DNA of 64,000 nt, taken from Lepidodermella squamata. Taxonomy: Eukaryota > Animalia > Gastrotricha. Position 1 is the stretch's first letter, and each line of letters opens with the position of its first letter. Below, piece by piece: positions 12,724-25,924 of this stretch. Location: contig JBLDXI010000031.1 of assembly GCA_047495785.1 (NCBI GenBank), forward strand, positions 248,001 through 312,000, in the 5' to 3' direction. The notes beneath the pieces are model-generated. The model did not search any database. It was not told where the DNA came from and saw only the letters and a program-made list of their open reading frames with translations. The position numbers were made by a program, and so were the translations under genes.

Positions 12724-13205
12724 CCGTAAAAACCGAAATTGGGTCCTAGGTCTATAATAGTGCCTCGCCTGGTATAAGCCCCCAGTTTGAGCGATGATTG
12801 AACTAATAATATCTCAGGCCTAAATTAGTGTCTAGGTTTCTTAATACATTTTTGAAAATTATCAATTGCATTTCCGAATCCGATTTAACAAAATTCAATT
12901 AAATTGATGCGAAGCGAAGCTCTGATCTGGTTAGTATAAATGCCTGAGATGAATTGTCATCATTTCCCGGTGTTGTTGATAACCGAGGGAGATGCCGAGG
13001 GGATTGAAGAAACATGAAAACGATCTCTGCGAAGAGAACATATAACTGTTTTTTCATGTTAGACGCTTTTCCAAATTAATTTTTCATCTCATGAAGATAG
13101 ATAAATAATACCATAGCCTACAATTGTACCTCGCCTGCAATAAACCCTCCCTTTTCTCTTGGTTTGAAACTATAAAAACACGGCACCCAATTTCGGTTTT
13201 TACGG
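12724..13205. mobile_element. MITE, Tc1/mariner-pogo type (CCGTA termini)
   Basis: 21-bp perfect TIR CCGTAAAAACCGAAATTGGGT with TA duplication on both sides. Confidence 0.85.
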
Positions 13206-13469
13206 TATTTTTTAGTTATGACAGACATATTGGGCTTAAGAAAATTCAAGAGTAAACGTAGCAGCATATAACATACAAGTAGCATATAAGTAACTCGTAA
13301 CTATTTGCGAGCTGAAATTAAGCCGAAATTTGAGCTAGTAGATTAATTAAACAGAACATCCGTATTCCAGACAAGCAGTAACCCCTCACTAAATTAATCA
13401 GCATTCGGATCACAGCCATCAGCCTTTATAACACCATGCTGTTTACCGCCGTGGGAGGTAGTAGTAAAA

Positions 13470-13985
13470 ATGACGAGTCTTGCTTTATTCGCTTTTATTA
13501 GCTTCAGCATTTATGCGCCTACTTTCATCGAATGTGATGTGCTTGTAGGAGGTTGGAGTCAACCAGAACCAGCGATAACTGCCCCTGCCTACGCTCTAGC
13601 TGCGCTCTATGGAGGAAAGACCATAACTGACCTGTCACAGAGAACAGTCATCGCCGAAGAGAATCTCATGAAATCATTCCTGCCGCTTTACTACTCACAG
13701 CAGATTGTCGCCGGTATTAATTACAAATTCTTGGTACGCTACTGGAAACTAATTTAATTCAGACGCCGCAGATATATAACTTCTATTATGAATTTCATAT
13801 TTTTGATCAGTTAACGTGGCGATTGTTCTGAATAAGTTTTTTATCATTAGGTCATAATCTCACCGGATGAATGCGCTCACGTCACGCTATCCCAGCATTT
13901 TTCGAAGACTGGCAGTGACATGGATTTCACTAAATTTAAGCGTGGAGTGCCCTGCAACAAGGAAGGCATTGTAGCAGACAACTAA
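13470..13985 (+). CDS. Secreted cystatin-like cysteine protease inhibitor; exons 13470-13733 and 13851-13985 (132 aa)
   Basis: Signal peptide, N-terminal LVGGW, QIVAG (QxVxG) followed by INYKFLV. Phase-0 intron 13734-13850 gives exon 2 VIISPDECAHVTLSQHF...ADN*. Confidence 0.8.
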
Positions 13986-14559
13986 GCAGCTCGATTAGAT
14001 TTTCATCTCCCACGTTTCCGGTAAAAACGCAAATTATCGACCACGGAATATTTTGCTAAGATAGACTCACTGCATAGAAAAAGCTTTGTTGCATTGCATA
14101 TCGGATAATATTTGAAATGCGTTAATAATAATGAATGCCCCTTGATGAATGCTTCTATTTCCTGTAATATTTTTGGTCCAAAAGTAATTTGAGTTATTGA
14201 TGCTGAGATGAAAAGAGGACTTTCAGCTTGAGAAATGGCTCCAATTCGGGCCAAATTGTCAAAATCGCAAAACCCAATTCCAAATCAGGGCACACGACCA
14301 ACCTGCACCATCAACCACCACAAGATCAAGCTGGAGGCGCGTGAAGCACCAAGAGACATACTAACAATTTGGCGCATGCTAGCGATCACAAAGGCGCGGA
14401 ACAAAATTCCGAAGGAGAGCTTTCCTGATATTGTCGATATAACAATTTTTAAAGAAAGAATGAACGCTCCAGGCAGTCGGTATTAATAACATTAATAACT
14501 TGGCCGAAGAGCTGATAATTCACAGATTTCAGCGTTATACTGATTTCAGGCCAGATTTG

Positions 14560-14740
14560 CAGAGTCAAAGTCCAACCACTTGTTGGATGGTCGATTTGAT
14601 AGAATCAAAGGAGCTTGGCAGCAGATTGGCGAGCAGATTCTTTCAATTGATTATTATGGAGTAAAAAAATCTCACCCTCCAACCCCACCAGCCCCGCTAC
14701 CGCGACCGAGCCAGCAACAAGTAGTTGGACTTTGACACTG
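14560..14740. mobile_element. Small hAT-like MITE
   Basis: TIR CAGWGTCAAAGTCCAACYACTTGTTG at both ends; the 8-bp flanks match only 5/8 (CAGATTTG vs CAGAACAG). Confidence 0.55.
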
Positions 14741-15036
14741 CAGAACAGGGCTAGAATGTGCCATAGTCTCTACACCGGATTCTCCTTATACTGTAACTAT
14801 GTACAGGGCGGGCGTTCGGACAAAAACCTCCATCAAAGAAACTAGAGAAGAAGAAAGTTTAACTCTAGATGTTTATTGCCTTTTTACATAGAAGATGTAT
14901 ACCTCATTTTTTAGTTGAGCAAAGAGGCTGATAAACATACATCAAGTGCTCAACTTTAACCACAAGTCTACTATTTTCTTTGACTATTTTTGATCGATTT
15001 TCCGCTATCGTGAAACGGTTTTTTATTCATGAGTTT

Positions 15037-15876
15037 TTAATCGTCAAGAAATTCAGTGTTATTCAGCAAATATTTAACCTCAAACTCGCAATAAGACAAA
15101 TCAGAAAATTGATTCCAGCCCTGTGTGTAGATTGTGCCATTGACCCTATTATGCTCCAGGATTCCGTCGTAATTCCTGCGGAAAATCAAATAACGTCTGC
15201 GTTCTTCGATCTCATTTGCATATTTCGGATTAAATTCAGCCTTCCATTTTAGCCAATCGCTATCTTTCGTAAAATCGACTTTTGAATCTAAAGACTCATC
15301 ATTCCCGAGATTTTGAGTTTCGAACTCGCACCACGTCATATCAGAAAATTGATTCAGGCCTTGTGTATAACCATGCTCTGCAGCGCGCTCGTTATGTGCT
15401 CGGATTTCGGCAAGATTCTGGCGGAAAATGCCATAGCGAAGGCGCTCTTCTGCCTCATTAGCGTAGGTACGATTATTTTCTTTCTTCCACGACTCCCAAA
15501 CTTCTTTGTCATTGGTTATGCGCCCACTTGCCTTTGCGATTCTGGCTGAGATAGGGACCTCAGGTAGAAGCACTTGCGATTGAAACTCCTCCCACGTCAT
15601 GTCGGAGAACTGGTTCAAGCCTTGCGTGTAGCCGTTCGGTCCAGCCTCGCTGTTGTGTTTCTCGATATCAGCCAAGTTCTTGTTGAAAATCTCATGGCGC
15701 CGTTGCTCCTCAGCTGAGCTGTTGTATGTTGCGTTGAATTGAATTTTCCAGTCCTCCCATTCCTTGTCGAAAGCTCCGACTGCTTATCATGATAAAAAGT
15801 ACGTGGGATAAAAAAAATCATGATCCAACTTACCACCGGTTATTAACGTTAAAGCTAAAAAAACTGCTATCATCAT
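15037..15876 (-). CDS. Secreted cysteine protease inhibitor made of three tandem I29 (cathepsin propeptide-like) domains; exons 15876-15834 and 15782(or 15779)-15037
   Basis: Signal exon MMIAVFLALTLITG with GTAAGT donor; three repeats of W..WK....Y....EE..R..IF..N...I..HN...YTQG.NQFSD....EF (ERFNIN/GNFD); stop codon follows with no papain catalytic domain. Confidence 0.9.
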
Positions 15877-16234
15877 TGATGTTAGAAAAATTGGAAAGTC
15901 AATGCCTCAATCATGATGGTTACTTGGCAATTTATGTGCAACATGGGGCGTCTGGGCGTGAATAAATTTCAAAGAAATGGGATGTGTGCTGAATATATCA
16001 CCAAATACTCATAAGCATAGGTTATCGAATGAATGTCATCGTTTCACTTCTTGTTTCTTGATTGAGGTTCGCAGCAAAAATATGCTTAAATAGGGAAAAT
16101 GGGGGAAATACCAAAACATGGAAGAACTTTTTTCTATTACGGAATTGAATCAGCTTTACTTTTGGGAATGTAGCAAAACCAGACGTGTCCGAGGTAGAGA
16201 GTTGAGTTCAAAAGTTTAGAAACCTGGCTGTAGT

Positions 16235-16759
16235 CAGAGACTTTGATTTGATTTTATTCGATTGGGATTTGATTTGATTTAGGCCATTTTTTGATGATTT
16301 GATTTGATTTTTATTTGGCCCTCTTGATTTACTGCTGATTTAGAGGAATCAGAACTCTCGCAATTCCCCCGGTATCTAAACATGAGAACTCACATTTGTC
16401 TTGAAAACACCTGTTTTCCATAGCTTGGATCTATTCATCCCCTTTTAGACTTATTCTGCCAAAACCAAGGTTAATATTTGAAAGAATTTCCAGAAATGCA
16501 CCATTATACTCATGTTTTCCTATGCGAAAGATTTGATTTGATTTGATTAAAACTGGCCTAATAATTTGATTGATTTACCATAGACTTTTGCGGGATTTGA
16601 TTTGAAATGATATATTTACGAAGACCTGTGATTTACCGAAGAAATCAAATCAAATCCCGCAAAAGTCTATGGTAAATCAATCAAATTATTAGGCCAGTTT
16701 TAATCAAATCAAATCAAATCTTTCGCATAGGAAATCAAATCATCAAAATCAAGTCACCG
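16235..16759. mobile_element. hAT-like MITE rich in GATTT repeats
   Basis: 8-bp TSD GCTGTAGT (16227-16234 and 16760-16767); imperfect TIR CAGAGACTTTGATT / AATCAAGTCACCG. Confidence 0.7.
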
Positions 16760-17143
16760 GCTGTAGTTGTGCACCTTGCGATATACAATGCATCCCAAAG
16801 CAACCTTCAAAAAGATTTTTTATTAGAAATAAGTGATCTGAAACCAAAATCTGCAGTGTTTTGGCTATTTTAGATTCATGTCCACCATTAAGGGTCAAAT
16901 TATCACCTAAAATGCGCATTATGATACCAGTATGACTTGCCAGCTTAGTTACCTCCAATTAAGTGTCAAACGCTCGTAGCCTCGCAACACATTAATCGAT
17001 CAGTCTAGCAAGCCGCACTTCATAATTGAATGGCGGCGCATCGATGGAAACGCACGAGTCATTAAGTATTCAAACACATGCCTCATTGAGGCACACCAAG
17101 CTACACTGCACATTATTGTCACACACTATCTTTCAGCACAAAA

Positions 17144-19164
17144 ATGACAAACCTTATTTCCGCACTAAAGGCTGCGGCCTACTTCCTATCTTTTTTAAAT
17201 CTGCTAACCGCTGAAACCTTCTCGCCATGTGCTGATCCAAGCGACATTTACGACGATGGCTTTTGTTATGAATTCGTTGAAATGAAGAATATTACTAACT
17301 ACGACCAAGCGACAAGTTACTGCCATTCACAAAGCAAACTACTCGCTAATATCCGATCTCAAGAACAAATGCAATTCGTCGCGCAGTTGATGCAGAAAAT
17401 GTCGTGGAGTCAAGCATTCATCGGTCTTCGGTTCATCCGAACTGGTTGGAAGTGGGTTGAGTCGAATAAGCCACTTCGAGGTCAGGGATGCTCTGAAACA
17501 GCGTATTCAGACGAATCCGGGCTTCCTAACATGGTCTCGTCCAGTTTGACAATTGAAGGCTGCCTGAATTTCTGCTCGTTCAATCGGCAGTTGTATGCAG
17601 CTGTTCAACAGGGACAGTTTTGCTACTGCTCCCAGTACTACATCTGGCCGCAATCTGCCTCCAGCTGCAACGTTCCATGCGCTGGGTCGAATGATCAGAA
17701 TTGCGGGGGTTACTTGAGCAGTTTGAGTTTCTTCACGGCTGATGGATCCTACGATAACTGGAAAGAGGGCAATCCTGGTCTGAACGGCATTTGTGGAGCT
17801 ATCAAGTTCGACAGAAATATCAACGCTTGGATCGATCTCGGCTGTAACGTTGCGCTTCCATTCATCTGCCAAACCAGTGAGTCTGAAATTTCAAAAAGTG
17901 AGCCAATTTTCTTTTGAAACTTCCATTTTTGTGTAGATTCTGTTAATTTGGCTTCGAAAATGAGCGATGCCGATGGCTTCGCTTGTGGCAGCAACGTCTG
18001 CTTTTACATCTACGCCGTAAGACAGCTCAATTGGTACAATGCTGACAGATTCTGCACGGCAAGAGGGGGTCGGCTCGCCGCTATTGATAACATGGAACGG
18101 CAGGATATCATCGACCGCCTTCTGTTCCCAATCACCCTGCCCATCAATAGCAATATATGGGTAGGGGCTGTGAATTACCAATGGTTTCAACAGGGCACGA
18201 TAAATAGTACTACGACATATCGAACAAGGCTATCATTCGATGCTTGGATAACTGCAAGTGAACCAGTCGCCCCTGAGACATACCCCTGCGCTGCTGTGGT
18301 CTCAATTCCTAAAGAGAACAAATTTGGCATGAAAAGCGCGAAATGTAACGATCTAGCTGATGGTTCCAATCGTTTTATTTGCACTACACGATCGTTGTAC
18401 ATCTACGCTCCGAATGGAACTATAGTTCCGAATCCTAATACTGACGAGACTGATTCGTTGGGGCAACAAGATGAATGGACCACCCCTGCGCCTCGGGAAA
18501 GATCGACGCGGCCAAGCACTTCAACATCAGGTAAATTTTGAGATTATGAACCTTTTATTTGATAAAGGAGTGATTTTATCCCTAATTTTCGCCCCGATTT
18601 CTAGCTTCAACGGTAACAACCACTAGCCCCCCGCCCCGTGTTGATAGCACTACAACTGCTGGTACTACAACCACAAATTTTACAACTGCCTCGTATGAAT
18701 CTTCTGTTACCACAGAAACGCAACCAACCTCCGCCACTACTTCGATCGCAATTTGCGATGCTTATTGTCTGAATGAAACCTCAAAGTTAGACTGTAGGTG
18801 GTCTATAGGTGGGGAAAATGGGACATGGGTAAGGCGCAAGGTCCCATGCTCTGACCTACCCTCAACCACGCCCATAGCCGCGACCCCTCAGGCCCAGCAA
18901 GTCAAAACTTCGGACCGAGGGGATGATTCCTCGAAAGCCTTATCTTGGTGGGCTATCTTATTGATAGCAGTGGGTGGCGCGGCTTTCTTAGCTGTGATCA
19001 TAGCCGTTATAGTAGTTGGTGTGAAAGCAGCGAAACGACGGGCTGCTACCGGGGCGAATAGAGGTGCTAGTGGGAACAAGGTTTCAGACAATAAGCCTTT
19101 AGCAAGTGCGTCGAATAAAGTAGGTTCGCTCGACACCGATCTTGAAGATGCTTTTGAGAAATGA
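17144..19164 (+). CDS. Paralogous CTLD(WSC)-CTLD-stalk-TM protein; exons 17144-17876, 17937-18530, 18605-19164 (about 628 aa)
   Basis: Collinear with the 8904 gene (PLRGQGCSETA, EPVAPETYPCA, SWWAILL); two phase-1 GT-AG introns (60 and 74 bp) join three ORFs in frame. Confidence 0.85.
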
Positions 19165-19534
19165 TAATTTGTTGTAGAACATTTTTTTAATTCAGTTTTG
19201 GAAACTTATTTTTTGCTGATGATTTGTATGGTTTTGTAGATTTTATAGCCGGGTTTGAAATTCACGAGAGGCGGAGAATATTGATAATCTAACCCTAAAT
19301 TAGGCTAACATGTTTCGCCTCTCGTGGACAAATTACATGTGGATGTGATTGCTCAGGTTGACTCAGCTTGCATACTAAGTTTAACCCATCTTCCTGTTTA
19401 TTATTTGATAGCTTTTGTACGCGCCAATAATAACTTGACACCTGTGATTGAAAAAACGATCAATAAATGATGACATTGTATATCTTAGAGACTTATTTAT
19501 TTAGACAAGAAACTAACGAAATCACAGGAGTAAC

Positions 19535-21112
19535 TTATCTCTTCATTGTATCAGAATCTGACGCGAAAAACTCATCGTCATAGCAATCCGGGTAACACAG
19601 AGGTAAGGCTAGATTCAAAGTCGAATAGGCACGTAACGTTCTATTTGGGTAATGAGAAATCATCCGCTCATCCAACCGACCAGGCTGGTTGAACATAACA
19701 CTTAAATAGTCATCAACCGGCATCATTCGACCCACCGGCTTCTCGTGGACCAGCTTCTTCGCTCCTTTCAACGAAAGTGCATACGCTAGGGTCCAGCTCG
19801 ATGCTTTTGGGTAGAATAAAGTTCCATAGGCATAACCAACCCATTCGACTTCATCATCATTATCATCCTCTCTCGCTCCTCTTGAGAAGTAGAGCAAGTC
19901 CCAGTCGGGTTTGAGTCGATCGAGTAACCTCACAGCATCCATCGCTTCGAATCCGAACCTAGGATTAAGCCAGATATCATCCTCGAAAATCAGGATCTGC
20001 TCGTAGCCTTTCTCAATCGCATCCTGCCAGATCTGGTAGTGGCTTAGAAAGCAGCCTATCTCACCAGGCGTTAACTCAGTCGCGTTAAATCTGCTTCTAT
20101 AGTCCTCAACTTGTTTCACCCCCAGGTTTTCAAGATCGGAAGGTTGTAGCTTAGATCCATCTACAGCCTCCCATCGAATGAATTCGAGACCATAGATTGA
20201 AAGAAGTCGCCGCACCACTTCCCATCTATCCGTTCGCCTCGCGAGATTGATGACGTAGATTTGGTCGAATCCCAATTTTGACTCCAGCGGTCTGAATTGA
20301 GGTACATATCCTTCAAAAGGTAACGGGAGAAGCTCGGGCCATCGATTTTTTACAGCTTGCTGTAAAACGGGCCGCGATGTCACGACTTCGAGCCAGCTCA
20401 TATGGAAATTCCTTCTCGATACGTCTGACCTTGTTGCGAATCCGAAAAAAAGACCTGCAGCAACGAATTCCTGCAAGTCGGATCGATCTCCCATCAAATA
20501 GTCCTTCACGCCAGGCCAATTAAGGTCGTAAAGAATTGCCGACGATGATCGAGGGAGATAACTAAGCCTTTTAACATCGATTTTCCTTGTCATGTTCAAA
20601 ATTGGGCCAACAATCGGCTTTTGCAGGCTCATGAGGTCGTAAATTGTCGTATTTTCCGCTAAGACAACATCTTGGTTAAGGTGGAAAAGGTAATCCGCAT
20701 CAAGTTTTTTAGATTTTAGGTAAATCAATGCATTTTGTGTGAAATTGCTCGGATTCGCCGTCTGCTGGACAATGAAACGTTCGTATTTCGCCGAATTCAG
20801 CCGCATCCATTCTTCCAGAACTGGGTGACTTTGATGAACCTTCGTTGAGAAATAGATAATTAGGTCATCTTTTGGGTAATTGAGTCGTTCCAAAGATCCT
20901 AGGAAGAATGGCAGACTTTCATACTTGGCCTCGTCTAAAGGAATGGCAATGCAAATCACTGGCCGTGGTTCAATGTACTCGTCGATATTTTGCTTCGAGT
21001 TGGCCTTCGGTGTATCGGCCAAATGGTCACTAATCAGAAGTGATAAGATGAGGAAAAGCGGCTCGAGGCTGCATTTGACAGTAATTGAATTAGCACGCAT
21101 GTTAATACACAA
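19535..21112 (-). CDS. GT25-family glycosyltransferase, procollagen galactosyltransferase (COLGALT)-like, intronless
   Basis: LPFFLGSLERLNYPK; KLGFDQIYVINLARRTDR; AVDG; LTPGEIGCFLSHYQIW; IFEDD; WDLLY; WTLAYALS..GAKKL; MPVDDYL. Confidence 0.85.
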   Translation of the reverse strand: MCINMRANSITVKCSLEPLFLILSLLISDHLADTPKANSKQNIDEYIEPRPVICIAIPLDEAKYESLPFFLGSLERLNYPKDDLIIYFSTKVHQSHPVLEEWMRLNSAKYERFIVQQTANPSNFTQNALIYLKSKKLDADYLFHLNQDVVLAENTTIYDLMSLQKPIVGPILNMTRKIDVKRLSYLPRSSSAILYDLNWPGVKDYLMGDRSDLQEFVAAGLFFGFATRSDVSRRNFHMSWLEVVTSRPVLQQAVKNRWPELLPLPFEGYVPQFRPLESKLGFDQIYVINLARRTDRWEVVRRLLSIYGLEFIRWEAVDGSKLQPSDLENLGVKQVEDYRSRFNATELTPGEIGCFLSHYQIWQDAIEKGYEQILIFEDDIWLNPRFGFEAMDAVRLLDRLKPDWDLLYFSRGAREDDNDDEVEWVGYAYGTLFYPKASSWTLAYALSLKGAKKLVHEKPVGRMMPVDDYLSVMFNQPGRLDERMISHYPNRTLRAYSTLNLALPLCYPDCYDDEFFASDSDTMKR

Positions 21113-21681
21113 GCTAAATACCTGGTGAAGCGTGACCGGTCACGGCACATGCTTATATAACTCTACATTAGATGTTTGAGAAATTTCACAGCTTTATATG
21201 CCAAATGTCAACTAGCCATCGCCCAGACGAGCTAACGTGTGTAAAATCCTCTTATCTATTACGCGACCGGCTTTTTCACAAGGGTTGTTGTTGTTATGTC
21301 TACCTGTAATTGGGGTCAAAGGCAACACAGGCAACACATATATGCTTGCATGTTTGTTATGCGTAAAGCATTGCATTCGCATGCGGAAGCTCGAAACATC
21401 GAAGAAAGATGTCAATACGTAGAAAATTGATAAAAAAAAGAAAAATAAGATTCTCTGAATTCAAGCAATCTCCCCTAAATCGTGGAAGATCAACCGAACA
21501 GTGCTGACCATCGAAAATTGGTAGATATACAGTATTTAACATGGAATTCTGGATTAATGCATCACTGTTCAAATTTGAGTTGGCTATAGTTAGGGAATGG
21601 GTAACTTTTTCAATAGTTGCGGAATTTATTTATTTTTATAATTTCAACTCGTCTGAAAGCTGAAAGCAACAAAGTTTCCAT

Positions 21682-23288
21682 TTACTCGTAATTTAATTTC
21701 GCCTCAACATGAATAGCGATCATTGGGTTGTCATCTTTCGCTCTGATCGCAAAGTTGGCTTTTCCATCATTTTCAACTGTTACAGCCATTCCAGTACAGC
21801 TTCGTTTATCCGCTGATATGTCCCCAGAAATCACATCACAATATCGACCAGCCGGCAGACTGGTGTACAGAGTGGTATTCAAATTTTTGAAACTTGAAGC
21901 ATTAATGACGTAGAAGGCCTTCTGGCCTCGGGAGAAAGCGATCTGGTTATCGCCGTCGTCCCACCAGTTTTGCATCGCCTCAGAACCAGCGACATTTCGG
22001 AATCTAGCCATGTTGTAGATCTGGCGCCAACGGTGCTCGCAGACCCAGTCATTGCCACAAGAGCCATCAGGATTGATGATGATATTCTTGATGTTGAAGT
22101 TCTCGTCCGATGGAGGTCCAGCCCAATCATTCTTCCATTTGTAGCTGCTCGTAACTCGGGGGATACCATAAGGCCAAGCCAGCATGTAGGAAACACACAT
22201 TTTGTACAATCTGGGTTCCAAAAATGTCGCAACGTTGCCGCCGCCACCATGGCCCCTTTGAATATCGTGGTTGTCAATGAAAACAAAAGCGCTGCCTTCT
22301 GGCATCAAGTAACCAAAGCCTCGGCCGAAGTTTTTCAGACTTTTCAATTGCCTGCCGCCTGAGCCTCGGAAGTACTCGGAAACGTACTTTCCGTAATTGA
22401 ACTCGTCAACACGACCGACGTAGTAATACTCCGCTGACTTGACAGGTTCGCCACCGTAATCGATAACTTCTTGGTAGAGGAATGGTCTAAGACCTGAGGC
22501 AAACCATGGGAACGCTAGGTTATTGACTTTGCTGTGAATAGCCATAATATCGCCAGGCCACATGTGTTTAGCCCCGTCCATATGAAACCCAGCTATGATG
22601 ATAGAAATATTAAATTTATAAGGCAAAATGTGAAATACTTACCAACTCCCGCCTTGACCAATCGGTTGAGCCACTCGACGATTCTGTCTCGAACATTCGC
22701 ACGCCCTTGGTTCAGGTCCAACAGGCCAGAGACTCTGCAATTTCTAACCTGATCAGTTACTCGGTAATCCTCAACATCTCCGCTTTTCGAAGGGCACGGG
22801 TAAGGCGTGGATGTTTTAGAGTTGAAATCTTCCGCTGTGTATGGAACCCCGGGGAAAGACTGGTTGGTTGTATCAAACTCCGAACCTGCTGTCCCAACAC
22901 CTTTCCCAGTGCTGTCCGCAAGCATATGGTTGATAACAATATCAACGTAGATGCGAACTCCAACATTGTTGCATCGATTTACCATGTCATTGAAAGCAGC
23001 TTCATCTCCAGATCTGGAGTAGGTTTTGTAAGAAACAGGCTGGTACCTCTCCCACCATGGCCGTTGATGATATTGGTCCATTATTGTTAAGTATTCGTTA
23101 GGCGGGGACACTTGAACTCCGCAATAGCCTTTCGGTCCCAGGAAACGCTCGCATTCAGCTGCAATGTCATCCCAGCGCCATTCGAATAGGTTAACGATCG
23201 TGGTTCGCCCTTCTGCGCAGTTAGGAATCCATTGTGCAGCAATAGTAGACAAAATGGCTGCAAGACAGACCAGAATACTGTTTTGCAT
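21682..23288 (-). CDS. Alpha-amylase (animal-type GH13), divergent paralog; exons 23288-22643 and 22592-21682 (518 aa)
   Basis: [57 protein letters not shown]; 50-bp phase-1 intron. Confidence 0.92.
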
Positions 23289-23884
23289 TATTATTACTCG
23301 CAGAAAAAGTAACGCTTGTTCCTTGACGTGATTAGACGTTTATATTAAGGTGTAGGAAATGAGTGTAACTTTTATCCAAAAAAGCTCCTTTCGCGGAATA
23401 AAGGGCGTTCTCTTATCTAATTTCTCACGGCAGTTTGCTCGCAAAGCTTCGACAGTTCATGATGCTTCAACCTGGAAAATTTCGGAATAATAGGGCAAGC
23501 ATAGTGCGAAGCATAGAGAATTGCGTAACAGGGACTGCGCTCAATAAACAAACGAGGTGCGAGGTGAAAATTACAATTTTTTTCTATGCCGAACTAATTT
23601 TCTCAATCATTCCTTGGCATGAAAAATCGTTACTTCTCAAGAATTCGACCGCTGAATACCAGAACCACTGATTGTGAAGTAACAGCTCCAATATTTAGTA
23701 TTTCAAATTTCAACCTCTCATTCGTGTTTCGTGTTCGCTACTCAGCCTGTACTGTTCGTGATATTGAGGCCTGCTAAAATATTCCGCTAGGAGTTTACTT
23801 CAAAACCGATCATACTGGGATACACTGTATCCATCACGAATTTTTCAAATCGTTATGTTAAGATTGTTTTAAATTCCGAAGTTT

Positions 23885-25639
<1,755 letters not shown>

Positions 25640-25924
25640 TCATTTTACAGCCACTTCCGAGTGCGAATGTTATTGCTGATAAACCACGCCTATTTTGGCT
25701 GGTTTCCTAATGAGCTTCTATTGCTGCTTCAAAATTTATGCGTGAGATAAGGTCTGGAATTCCGCTGAAGGTCAAAGTGCATGGTGTCGAATGCGACTAC
25801 ATGTCCTATAAATTAGGCCAATTGCTAATCAAGAGCCGGGATAACGAGAATGAAACGAAAGTATATCACATAATAACTTTATTGAACTTTATTCAATTAT
25901 CTTATCAGCTGTTTCAGCAAAATT

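Noticed and set aside
14235-14500. 83-aa ORF followed by TAA repeats
   Set aside because: At most a decayed LINE 3' end; too weak to annotate.
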